Position numbers and translations under genes: made by a program
Source: Nannocystales bacterium
GTDB lineage: Bacteria; Myxococcota_A; Polyangia; Nannocystales; Nannocystaceae
DNA: 64,000 bases
Direction of reading: 5' to 3'
Assembly (NCBI GenBank): GCA_050633305.1
Contig: JBOEGF010000005.1
Coordinates: 96,001-160,000 of the forward strand
Notes under the pieces: generated by a model
What the model was told of the DNA's origin: nothing
Seen by the model: only the letters and a program-made list of their open reading frames with translations
Database searches by the model: none
Shown here: positions 47,218 to 56,279 of the stretch, in pieces
Position numbering within the stretch: the stretch's first letter is position 1
Layout of the letters: each line of letters starts with the position of its first letter

Positions 47218-48276
47218 ATGCGGTCGGAGCGTTGGGTATGGCTTTGCGTCGGATTGGCGGGCTGCTTCTCCTCACCGCCTGAAGTTACTGAGGGCGGCGA
47301 GACCAGCGGGGGATCGAGCTCGTCAGGCATGGCTGTCACGGAGGGGGTCACTACGGACGTCGACCCATCGACCACGACGACGGCCGACGCCGAATCGAGT
47401 TCGTCATCGGGTGGGACCAGTTCCGGAAGCTCGGGGGAGAGCACGACAACTGGCGAGCAGGGATGCCCGGGGGAGGGGGTCTGTTTCCCACCCGCGCCGC
47501 CGCGGTGGGATGGCCCTGCCGTGATGTTGGTCGGCCAGTCCGAGGGGGTGGAGCCGATGTGTCCACCCGGTTCAGAGGTGCTGTGGCGAGCGGGCACCGA
47601 TCCCGCGGCGCGTTGCGATTGCTCCGAGTGCGGTGGCGACATCGGCTGCGATGTCGAGCTTGGGTTCGGCTCCAACGGGACGTGCCCCGAGGGCTCGACG
47701 GGCTCCGGCTGCCAACCCTTCTCCACCGAGCTCACCGGTCAGTTCTATATGTCGCTGGCGTTGGACGTTTCGGCCGGGGCTGCATGCGATTCGCCGCAGC
47801 CGGCCGACCCGGGCTTTCGGGAGCAAGCCGTCGGATGCCGGCCCAACGCCGAGACGTGTGAGGGGGGAGTGTGTCTTCTGGGCCGGGCGTGTATCTCGCG
47901 CCCTGGGGATTTCGAAGCCTGCCCCCCGGACTACCCGGACCGCTCGCTGCTCTACACCTCGGCCAGCGGAAGCGATCTGTCCTGCGACACGTGCGGCTGC
48001 GGCGACGATGGTGTCGGCTTCCTGTGCACCGAAGCGACTGTGACGCTGTACGACGGGCCCGACTGTGCCGGAGCGTCCAGCTCTCCACCTCTGCTGGCTG
48101 CCGCGAGCGGTGAGTGCGACCCCTACGATGACCCGAAGGGGTTCGTTGCGATCGAGGAGATCGCGAGCGTCGACATCCAGATCCCCCAGGCGGACTGCTC
48201 CTCGGACCGCGGCTTCGAAAATGCGTCGGGCGAGTTTGACGTGGCTGACCCGCGGACGGTGTGCTGCTCGGGCTGA
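47218..48276 (+). CDS. Cys-rich lipoprotein
   Basis: LAGC lipobox; Ser/Thr linker; many Cys; ends TVCCSG. Confidence 0.75.
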   Translation: MRSERWVWLCVGLAGCFSSPPEVTEGGETSGGSSSSGMAVTEGVTTDVDPSTTTTADAESSSSSGGTSSGSSGESTTTGEQGCPGEGVCFPPAPPRWDGPAVMLVGQSEGVEPMCPPGSEVLWRAGTDPAARCDCSECGGDIGCDVELGFGSNGTCPEGSTGSGCQPFSTELTGQFYMSLALDVSAGAACDSPQPADPGFREQAVGCRPNAETCEGGVCLLGRACISRPGDFEACPPDYPDRSLLYTSASGSDLSCDTCGCGDDGVGFLCTEATVTLYDGPDCAGASSSPPLLAAASGECDPYDDPKGFVAIEEIASVDIQIPQADCSSDRGFENASGEFDVADPRTVCCSG

Positions 48277-48479
48277 CGCGCTGATGCGCCGCGAAACGGC
48301 CGAACCGCAACGATATCGGCCGTTTCAGAGCCACGTGCGCAAGCGCGTGCGCGCCCCTGCGGAAGCGCATTCCGGGACAGGCGCAGTGGGGGGTGACACC
48401 GAGAGCGGGACATGTAGACTGCGCCATCCGTCTGCATTGGACCGCGTGAACCGCGGTTTCCAAGCCAAGGAACGAGCAC

Positions 48480-49157
48480 ATGAGCGAGTCGAATACCGCG
48501 GCTTTTTTCCGGGCCGAAGGCACCCTCATCAAGAGCGGAGTCCTTCAAGCGGCCGCCTACATGGCCTCCCAGCGCGCCGGCATGCGAGAGCGTTTGCTCC
48601 GCTTCGGTCAGACTGCCCTCGCAGCCCCGGTCTTCGGGGTGCTTGGTCAAAACGACCGAACGCTGGGCAACCGCGTTGCACACCTGAGCTATCGCGACAT
48701 CACCGATGACCGCGTGGCGATCTTGGCCGAGGAGTACGTCGAGGACATTCTCAAGGAGAAGATTCTCGATGCAGGCCTCGAGCTGATGAAGCAGGCCAAG
48801 AAGGACGGTCACCGCATCGTCGTGATCTCCGAGGGGATCTCGGAGATCATGGAAGGGCTTCTTCCGCACCTGCGCTATGTCGACGAGCTGATCTGCAACC
48901 GGCTCGAGTACAAGGACCACAAGGCCACCGGCACGTTGCTGGACCCGATCGTCGGAGGCTACGACGGTGGCACGTGGCTCAAGGAGTACGCGCGCAAGCA
49001 CGAACTCGATCTCGAGCGGTCCGTCGCGTTCGCGGGCCACGGTCCCGACCTGCTGTTGCTTTCGTCCGTCGGCAAGCCGTGCGCGGTCAACCCCGACTTC
49101 ACCCTGCGCAAGGCCGCCAAAGAGGCGGACTGGCCCGTGATGGAATACACGGCATGA
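48480..49157 (+). CDS. HAD-IB family protein with degenerate active site
   Basis: AAFFRAEGTL in place of FFDxDGTL; AFAGHGPDL; AVNPD. Confidence 0.85.
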   Translation: MSESNTAAFFRAEGTLIKSGVLQAAAYMASQRAGMRERLLRFGQTALAAPVFGVLGQNDRTLGNRVAHLSYRDITDDRVAILAEEYVEDILKEKILDAGLELMKQAKKDGHRIVVISEGISEIMEGLLPHLRYVDELICNRLEYKDHKATGTLLDPIVGGYDGGTWLKEYARKHELDLERSVAFAGHGPDLLLLSSVGKPCAVNPDFTLRKAAKEADWPVMEYTA

Positions 49158-50830
49158 GCTTCTCGGTGAAGAGCGAGTACGCCGGCAAGCATGTGCTGCT
49201 GACCGGCGGCACTGGCTTTGTCGGCAAGGTGTGGTTGGTGATGGCGCTGACGCGCATCCCCGACATTGGTCGTATCTACGTGCTGATGCGGGGCAAGGGT
49301 CGAAGCGTCAAGGACCGCTGGCTCAAGATCGTCAACGAAAACCCCGCGTTCCGGCCGCTCCACGAGAAGCACGGCGCTGGCCTGAGCAAGTTCATCGCCG
49401 ACCGCGTCGAGGTGATCCAAGGAACGCTCGACTCCCCGAATATGTCCATCGAGGACAGCATCGCGGAGCGTCTTCGGGACAAGCTCGATCTCATCGTCAA
49501 CTGTGCGGGACTGGTCGACTTCAACCCCGATGTTCGGGTTGCCGTGTCGTCCAACCTCGATGGCTCGATGCACGTCGCCGACTTCGCTGCGTCGTGCAAG
49601 AACGCCGCGATGATCCATGTCTCGACCTGCTACGTGGCGGGGACGCGGGACGGGTTCATCAGCGAGACCATCGCCGGTACCGCGCCCAACGGCACGCCGA
49701 TCGATGCCGAGGAGGAGTACAAGCGCCTCCAGGAGATCATCGTTGAGACGGAGGCGGAGAACGAATCGGAGGAGACCGTCAAGGCGCTCACCGATGAGGT
49801 CGTCGCACGCGTCAAGAAGCGAGGCTACGAGCCCACCGAGAAGCGGGTTTCGGGCACGGTGGGGCGACTCAAAGCCAAGCGCCTGCGCGAGGTGATGTCG
49901 TTGGCCGGCATGGACCGAGCCAAGGAACTCGGCTGGCCGAACACGTACACGTACACCAAGGCGCTGGCCGAGATGCTGACCAAGTCTCGGTATCCGAACT
50001 TGCGGCATACGGTGTTGCGACCGGCCATCGTGGAGAGCGCGGTCGATTTCCCGTTCCCCGGCTGGAACGAGGGCTTCAACACCTCGGGCCCGCTGATCTA
50101 TCTGGCCAGCACCTGGCTGCGGCACATTCCGGCCAAGCCCGGGAACCCGCTCGACATCATCCCGGTCGACCTCGTGGTCAACGGAATCTTTATCGCCGGC
50201 GCTGCGGTGATGCGGGGCGAGCACGAAGAGGTCTACCAGACCGGGTCTTCGGACCGCGCCACGTTGACGATCGACCGTCTCACCGAACTCTCCGCGTTGG
50301 GCAACCGTCAGCACCTCCGCAAGACCGGCGTGAACCGGGTCGAGACGCTTCTGCTCTCCCGATGGGATGCCGTCGCGTCCGACCCCGAGCACATGCTCAA
50401 CGTCAGCAACATTCGCGAGGTCGTCTTCCAGGTCAGCCGCTACTTGCGGCACGGCCGTCCGGAGAAGATCCCCAGCGAGTGGAAGGAAGAGGCGGAGAAC
50501 ATGGCGAAGACCGCCGACAAGGCGCAGCGCAAGCTTCGGCAGATCGAAGAAGTGCTGGAGCTGTTCATGCCCTTCACCTACGACCACTACATGGTCTTTG
50601 AGGCCCGAGCGCTCGACAAACACCAGGTGGACGAGCCCGAGTTCCGGTTCAGGCCCGAGGACATCAACTGGCGGAAGTACTGGCTCGAGTGCCACATGCC
50701 TGGGTTGCGCCGCTGGTGCTTCCCCAAGCAGTACGAGAACAAAGAGACCGAGATCTACACGCCAAAGGTGCCCTTCGTGATGCTCGAAGACGGCGCTGCG
50801 GCGGCTCCCAATCCACAAGAAGCGCGCTGA
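49154..50830 (+). CDS. fatty acyl-CoA reductase (male-sterility / extended SDR type)
   Basis: TGGTGFVGKV, HVSTCYV, GWPNTYTYTKALAE, RPAIVES, PFPGW, DIIPVDLV. Confidence 0.9.
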   Translation: MSFSVKSEYAGKHVLLTGGTGFVGKVWLVMALTRIPDIGRIYVLMRGKGRSVKDRWLKIVNENPAFRPLHEKHGAGLSKFIADRVEVIQGTLDSPNMSIEDSIAERLRDKLDLIVNCAGLVDFNPDVRVAVSSNLDGSMHVADFAASCKNAAMIHVSTCYVAGTRDGFISETIAGTAPNGTPIDAEEEYKRLQEIIVETEAENESEETVKALTDEVVARVKKRGYEPTEKRVSGTVGRLKAKRLREVMSLAGMDRAKELGWPNTYTYTKALAEMLTKSRYPNLRHTVLRPAIVESAVDFPFPGWNEGFNTSGPLIYLASTWLRHIPAKPGNPLDIIPVDLVVNGIFIAGAAVMRGEHEEVYQTGSSDRATLTIDRLTELSALGNRQHLRKTGVNRVETLLLSRWDAVASDPEHMLNVSNIREVVFQVSRYLRHGRPEKIPSEWKEEAENMAKTADKAQRKLRQIEEVLELFMPFTYDHYMVFEARALDKHQVDEPEFRFRPEDINWRKYWLECHMPGLRRWCFPKQYENKETEIYTPKVPFVMLEDGAAAAPNPQEAR

Positions 50831-50833
50831 ACC

Positions 50834-51988
50834 ATGGCCACCACCTTTCTCACCGGCTCGACCGGATACATTGGTTCCTACGTCGCCGACCTCATTCTTC
50901 GGCATCACCCCGATGAGCGCCTCGCGGTTCTCGTTCGGGCCAAGACCCCCGACGCCGCCCGCAAGCGGCTTTGGAAGTCGCTGCAGCTGCACATGAGCTT
51001 TGATGAGTTCGTGTCGTTTCTGCCGCGGTTCGACATCTACCTCGGCGACCTCACCAGCCCCGACCTGGGGCTCGACGCCGACGCCAAGAAGACGCTCACC
51101 AGCACCGCAAGCTCGGTGCTGCACGTCGCTGCGTCGCTCAACCGCAAGTCCTCCAAGACCTGCTTCAACGTCAACCTTCGTGGCACGTTGTCGGTCATCA
51201 AGCTCGCCCAGGCGATGTCGGAGACCAACGGACTGCGGCGCTTCAGCGATGTCAGCACCGCTGCAGCTGCTGGACAGCGGCAAAACGAGACGGTGATGGA
51301 GGACGACTGCATCGATTGGGATCGCAGCGACTACGACCCGTACGCCCGCACGAAGAAGTTCTGCGAGCACATGGTCGAAGAGCTGCTGCCAGACGTGCAG
51401 CGGTCCATCTTCCGGCCTTCCATCGTTTTGGGCGACAGCCGGTTCCCCGAGACGACACAGTTCGACATGGTCCGGGCGTTCGCAGGACTGGCGTACATGC
51501 GGGTGCTGCCATTCAACCCCCAATGGCGCGCAGACATCGTGCCCGCGGACTACGTCTCCAAGGGCATCGTCAAGGTGCACATGGACGACAACCCCAAGCA
51601 CGAGGCGTTCCACATGAGCTCGGGCGAGGACTCGCTGACGTACGCCGAGATCGTTCAGGCGCTCCGTGACGCTGGCCACAAGCCCAAGATGATGTTCGCG
51701 CCCAAGCTCAAGGGGACCTTCGGCGGCGCAGTCGAAGCTTTGATGTCCACGCCACGCAAGTGGGGCGTCGCACCGTCGGCTTCGCTGATGAAGGTGTTCC
51801 TGCCCTACCTCACCTACAACACGGTGTTCGACAACAGCCACATCGTCGAAGCGCTGGGCGGGGAAAAACCCCGCTCGTTCCGCGAGTACGGCTACGCACT
51901 CCTGCGCTTCGCGGTCGACGGGAACTTCACGTACCCGTACAAGGACTGGCCGTCCGACGGCGACGAGAAGGTCGCGAAGGTCGCCTAG
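50834..51988 (+). CDS. extended SDR / thioester-reductase-like oxidoreductase
   Basis: TGSTGYIG, NVNLRGT, YARTK, RPSIVLGDS, DIVPADY. Confidence 0.88.
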   Translation: MATTFLTGSTGYIGSYVADLILRHHPDERLAVLVRAKTPDAARKRLWKSLQLHMSFDEFVSFLPRFDIYLGDLTSPDLGLDADAKKTLTSTASSVLHVAASLNRKSSKTCFNVNLRGTLSVIKLAQAMSETNGLRRFSDVSTAAAAGQRQNETVMEDDCIDWDRSDYDPYARTKKFCEHMVEELLPDVQRSIFRPSIVLGDSRFPETTQFDMVRAFAGLAYMRVLPFNPQWRADIVPADYVSKGIVKVHMDDNPKHEAFHMSSGEDSLTYAEIVQALRDAGHKPKMMFAPKLKGTFGGAVEALMSTPRKWGVAPSASLMKVFLPYLTYNTVFDNSHIVEALGGEKPRSFREYGYALLRFAVDGNFTYPYKDWPSDGDEKVAKVA

Positions 51989-52015
51989 GCCCGCCACCAC
52001 CAAACGACCGACACG

Positions 52016-52050
52016 AACGGCCGTCCTCCCTTCGGAGGCGGCCGTTTTTT
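52016..52050 (+). terminator. intrinsic terminator
   Basis: AACGGCCG-TCCTCC-CTTC-GGAGG-CGGCCGTT followed by T-tract. Confidence 0.8.
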
Positions 52051-52096
52051 CGTTGGACTCGCCTTGCTCGGGTGAGGGCGGGGCTGCGCCGGTTTG

Positions 52097-53455
52097 CTAC
52101 GGGCGCTCGTTGACGAACAGGGTCCAGGTGTTGTCTTCGAGCTCGGTCCACATCACGACTTGGTCGTCGAGGTAGCGTCCGTTGGAGCTCGTGGGGAGGT
52201 GCGCGACCACGTGGGGGGCAGCACCAGTAAGGTCGTAGGCTCGCACCTCGCTGCCGACGTCCGCCAGGATCCCATCGGCGGAGACGTAGTAGTCCCCAAG
52301 AGCGCCGGGTCCAGGTTCCTGGATGACCATGGACGAGCCCCCGGTCGAGATGTTGTGCGAGATGAGGCCGAAGGGTCCGCCCTCCACGGCGCGTCCATAC
52401 AGATAGATCGAGGGTCCGACCCCATACAACGGTCGGTTGCAGGCATCGGCGCTCAAGACCGAGTGCGTCAGCACCGGACCGCCCGCTGCGGGGATCGAAG
52501 CGACGGGGTTTTCGAAGTCGGTGCCTGTCCAGACGATTCGTCCGGCGGCCACGGTCACCTGGCACATCAGGCCTGGGACGTCGCTCGCGACTGCCGTGGT
52601 CATGTTCGGAGCGTCGTGGGTGGCCCGGAGTAGACTCGAGATTTGCGCGCCACCATCCTCCACGACGGTCGTTGGGTAGTAGAGGTGCGTGTTTGAGGCG
52701 AACGGGGAGCCTGCGTCGCTGATTGCGAACATGAAGTCGACCGGGCCGCCTGCGAGGGACAATTGTTGGGCGGCGCCGAGGTTGCGGTCGAGCCAGAACA
52801 CCGAGCTGTTCACGACGGCAAACCCTCGAAAGCTCCCGGTGAGGTCGTCGGACACCAACTCCTGCACCTCCTCTTGAGCGAGGTCCCAGCGTAGGATCCG
52901 ACCGAACCCGGACTCGTCGAATACGAAGGTGTCCCCGACTCGCGTGATCCGGGTGGGTCCGAGTCCGATGCCCTCGGCGATCGAGGCTGGAGCGCAGGCG
53001 GAGTCTTCGCAGACTCCGCTGGCGCAGATGTGGCCGCACGCGCCGCAGTTGTCGCCGTCGGTTGCCGTGTCGATCTCGCAGCCGCTGACCGGCATCTCGT
53101 CGCAGTCTCGGAAGCTCTCGAGGCACGTGATGGTGCAGTCGTCCAAGCACGCGGCCCCGTGGGGGTCGTCACCGTCGCATTGCTCGGTGCCTTCCAGCTC
53201 GCCATTGCCGCAAGTCGGAGCGGAACTGCTGGTGCTGCCCGACCCTTCCGTGGATCCCGACGGGGCAGCGGTGGAACCAGGAGAGCCGGTGGATTCGAGG
53301 CTTCCGCTGCTTGGAGCCGCGGTTGGGTCGCTGTTGCCGCTCGTTTGGGGGTCGGTGGTGACGCCAGACTCGGTATCGCCGGCGGGGTCGGGGTCGACGG
53401 GTTCACTGAAACACCCGGCGGCCATCGCGACCGGGATCCAAAGCCAATGCTTCAC
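52097..53455 (-). CDS. lipoprotein with myxobacterial Cys-rich repeats and beta-propeller-like domain
   Basis: AAGC lipobox; CGNGELEGTEQCD, NCGACGHIC; VFW/LYY/IVW repeats. Confidence 0.75.
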   Translation of the reverse strand: MKHWLWIPVAMAAGCFSEPVDPDPAGDTESGVTTDPQTSGNSDPTAAPSSGSLESTGSPGSTAAPSGSTEGSGSTSSSAPTCGNGELEGTEQCDGDDPHGAACLDDCTITCLESFRDCDEMPVSGCEIDTATDGDNCGACGHICASGVCEDSACAPASIAEGIGLGPTRITRVGDTFVFDESGFGRILRWDLAQEEVQELVSDDLTGSFRGFAVVNSSVFWLDRNLGAAQQLSLAGGPVDFMFAISDAGSPFASNTHLYYPTTVVEDGGAQISSLLRATHDAPNMTTAVASDVPGLMCQVTVAAGRIVWTGTDFENPVASIPAAGGPVLTHSVLSADACNRPLYGVGPSIYLYGRAVEGGPFGLISHNISTGGSSMVIQEPGPGALGDYYVSADGILADVGSEVRAYDLTGAAPHVVAHLPTSSNGRYLDDQVVMWTELEDNTWTLFVNERP

Positions 53456-53462
53456 CCAGGCT

Positions 53463-53490
53463 TAGAGCCGCTCGGCCGGCTGCGGATCAC
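53463..53490 (-). promoter_or_regulatory. putative alternative-sigma promoter, GTGATCCG 27 nt before start codon
   Basis: Twin of the motif at 21834; A-tracts upstream. Confidence 0.45.
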
Positions 53491-53542
53491 GAGAGTTTTC
53501 GTTTTTCTCAGGTCGGCTCGAACCGGGGCGTTTCGGAGAGTC

Positions 53543-54256
53543 TCAGCACGGCCGTCCCTCGGTCGGGATGCACTGCAGCTGGCACGTTTGCGCGACAAAT
53601 CCGCCCGTCATGAAGGGTTCGTCGGTCTCGGTCGTGAAGCCGCGCACCACGCCGACCATGCAGCCGTCGTCGACGTGCAAGAGCTCGATCGTGCCGTCTA
53701 CGCTCGAACCACTGTTGGCACCATCTCCGTAGACGACGACTCGAGGGGCGGCGAGCATCGCAACCTCGTGGACGCCGAGTTCGAGCTCGTCGGGCCCCAG
53801 CATCAGCTCGAACCCTCGACCGCCCGTCTCTTGGGAGCCCCCGGTCGACGTCGTTCCGAACCCGCCCGACGAGCTGCCGAACTCGTCCTGACGAGTCTCG
53901 CCACAAGATGAGATCGGTTGCTCGGACAGCCGCAAGAGGACGGAACCCGCTTCGACCGGAGTTCCGTCCGCGGTGGCATCGGGGACGGCCACGACCGCCC
54001 AGGCCGAGGCCAACCCCGGGATCGGCGGCAGTTCCCCAAGCACCTGTCCGCACCGGGTCGTGGCTGGATCGGGGAAGTTGCCGTCAAACTCCGAACCCCC
54101 GAAGGGTTCTCCCGCGACCCCACCGACGGAGCCGAAGCTGTCACCCGTGCCGGAGCTCGGGGGTGCGTCTCCATGGTCGAAGGACCTGGTCTGGCAGCCA
54201 CCGCCGAGGGCAACGAGCGCGGCCCCGAGTCCGAGGAGTCTTGCTTGGGTGCGCAT
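53543..54256 (-). CDS. hypothetical lipoprotein
   Basis: LGGGC lipobox; starts 2 nt after the upstream cytochrome stop. Confidence 0.7.
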   Translation of the reverse strand: MRTQARLLGLGAALVALGGGCQTRSFDHGDAPPSSGTGDSFGSVGGVAGEPFGGSEFDGNFPDPATTRCGQVLGELPPIPGLASAWAVVAVPDATADGTPVEAGSVLLRLSEQPISSCGETRQDEFGSSSGGFGTTSTGGSQETGGRGFELMLGPDELELGVHEVAMLAAPRVVVYGDGANSGSSVDGTIELLHVDDGCMVGVVRGFTTETDEPFMTGGFVAQTCQLQCIPTEGRPC

Positions 54257-54258
54257 CG

Positions 54259-56040
54259 CTAGAGTGATTCCAAGTACGCCACGATGGATGCGACTTGCTC
54301 GCCATCCAACTCCGTGCCGCTCGCGGTCGTGCTCGCCATGTCGAGCACGGCCTCTTCCAGCGTGAGGGCCCGAGCATCGTGCATGTAGGGGGCTCGTAGA
54401 GCGACACCGCGCAGTGCGGGTGTTTGCAAAGGACCGTGTCCGAGGTCCGATGATGCGGCAGAGGTGAAGCTGGGCCCAGCGTGGCAGCTCGCGCAGCCGA
54501 GGGATGCGAAGAGTTGCTGCCCTTTTGCGGCGCTTGCGTCCGACTGCGAGCGTAGTGGGTTCGGCGGACGCAAGGAGAACATCCAGTCGCGGAGGGCAGC
54601 CTGGCGTTCCTCGGTCTGCTCGATGCCACCCATGGCTCCTTGCCGAACTTGCCGCGCGATCATGTGGATGTCCTCCATGTCCCCTTTCCAGTGGAACGGG
54701 GCGGTTCCTTCCAGTCCTACGTTGAGGGGTTGTGTTCGTCGTGGCCCCGCGTCAAACAACCATGTCCGGCCGTCTTCCCCGCCTTCGGGGTGACACGATG
54801 CGCACGAGACCCCTTGTCCGGCGTTGTTGTGGAACAGCTCGAACCCGGTGTCGTCGGCATCGGCGCCAGCGAGCTCGAGTTGTTCAGTCTGCGCGCCTTG
54901 GAATCGGTACAGAATCGGTTTGTCGCGAGCCTGGGCGAGCAGCGCATCGTCGGGTTGAAACGCGACCGCGACAATGTCGTCATCGACATCCAGAGGGGTT
55001 GGAATCTCGCATTGCCTGTCGCCCCAGGTCGAGGTGGAGTCCAGTCGGACTTCGAACACTGAGATGCGATCTTCGGTCGTGAGGTCTTGTTGGGTTGGGC
55101 TGGCGATCGCGACTCGCTTGCCGTCCGGGGACAACGCGACGTCGACCGAGAGTGCGAGCCCCGCGAAGACCCCGGCGTTGTGAACGACTCCGTCTTCGCG
55201 TGTCGCACTGAGCGTTGTGTTCACCACTGCGGAACAGGGATCGAGACCTCCGTACCCGGACTCCTCGAAGTTGTCGTGTGCGTCCGGCTCCTCGAAGCCT
55301 GGGATGACGCGGGTCGAAGCCAGCTGGTGCAACATGAGCCATCCGCCGCCCGGCCGCAGGAGGGTTCGCCACGCTGTGGTCGGCTCCCGGGTCGTGCCCT
55401 GGTTGATGATGGACACCGGAGCACCGAACAGGCTCCACGCTCCATCGTCCTCGAGTTCGATGAGCTCGGCGGCACGGAATCGGGTGACGAAGAGGCGGCC
55501 CTCGGAGACCAGGACGTCTCGTAGGTCCGAGGCGACGAAGCGGCGCGTTGGCTCTGCGCCGGATTCGGGGAGCGTGACGACCATGCCGCCCGCACATGCG
55601 ACGTGAAGGGCTTGGTTCGTCTCGTCAAACGCGACCCCGCGGGGGTTCGGACACACGCTGGTCGTCTTGGTGACGCGCGCTGACTCGGGGTCGAGGGTGA
55701 GCAGCGTGCCGGGTCCGCGCAGCGTCACGTGTACCCGGCCGTCGTTGTCCTCGGTTGCACGGAAGGGCAGCGCACCGGCTTCGAGATCGATCGTGCCGGT
55801 TTCTTGCCAAGCGTTGAGGTCGACGATGTGAATCGAGTCCCGAGCAGGATCGGAGACCACCGCGTGCCCACCGTCGTGGGTCACCAGGAGGGTGCCACCC
55901 ATGATCGGTGGCGCGAAGCCGGCTCGTTGCACGGCGCCCGTGCCTGGGTCTTCGATGGGGTCGGGAAGATCGACGGCTTCACAGCCTGCACCGATGAGCA
56001 AGAGCAGGGACAACGAGTACGCGCTGGGTCTGGATTTCAT
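54259..56040 (-). CDS. lipoprotein with YncE-like beta-propeller and di-heme cytochrome c (peroxidase-like) domain
   Basis: GAGC lipobox; two CASCH motifs; RRTQPL, TAPFHWKG, TPALRG..APYMHD. Confidence 0.85.
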   Translation of the reverse strand: MKSRPSAYSLSLLLLIGAGCEAVDLPDPIEDPGTGAVQRAGFAPPIMGGTLLVTHDGGHAVVSDPARDSIHIVDLNAWQETGTIDLEAGALPFRATEDNDGRVHVTLRGPGTLLTLDPESARVTKTTSVCPNPRGVAFDETNQALHVACAGGMVVTLPESGAEPTRRFVASDLRDVLVSEGRLFVTRFRAAELIELEDDGAWSLFGAPVSIINQGTTREPTTAWRTLLRPGGGWLMLHQLASTRVIPGFEEPDAHDNFEESGYGGLDPCSAVVNTTLSATREDGVVHNAGVFAGLALSVDVALSPDGKRVAIASPTQQDLTTEDRISVFEVRLDSTSTWGDRQCEIPTPLDVDDDIVAVAFQPDDALLAQARDKPILYRFQGAQTEQLELAGADADDTGFELFHNNAGQGVSCASCHPEGGEDGRTWLFDAGPRRTQPLNVGLEGTAPFHWKGDMEDIHMIARQVRQGAMGGIEQTEERQAALRDWMFSLRPPNPLRSQSDASAAKGQQLFASLGCASCHAGPSFTSAASSDLGHGPLQTPALRGVALRAPYMHDARALTLEEAVLDMASTTASGTELDGEQVASIVAYLESL

Positions 56041-56279
56041 CGTGCCGGGTTCTCCGTTGTTCAATCCACGCGCATCGAGGTTCTCAGTTTCCCCCACCTG
56101 GGAGGATGTGACACGGGCAGGGGCTGTACTCCACCTGTCGAGCTGCGGAGAGGACGCGCGCCTTCGATCTGAGGTCACCGGGTCAACCCGTCGGCCTCAG
56201 AACCGGTTGGAAAAAAAATGAGGGTAGAGTGCAACTGAGGGTCGTCGTTGGCGTGGTTGTCGGTAGGCCCCTGACCGGC

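Noticed and set aside
48959..52003. 1014-aa minus-strand ORF
   Set aside because: Antisense to the well-supported FAR and SDR genes
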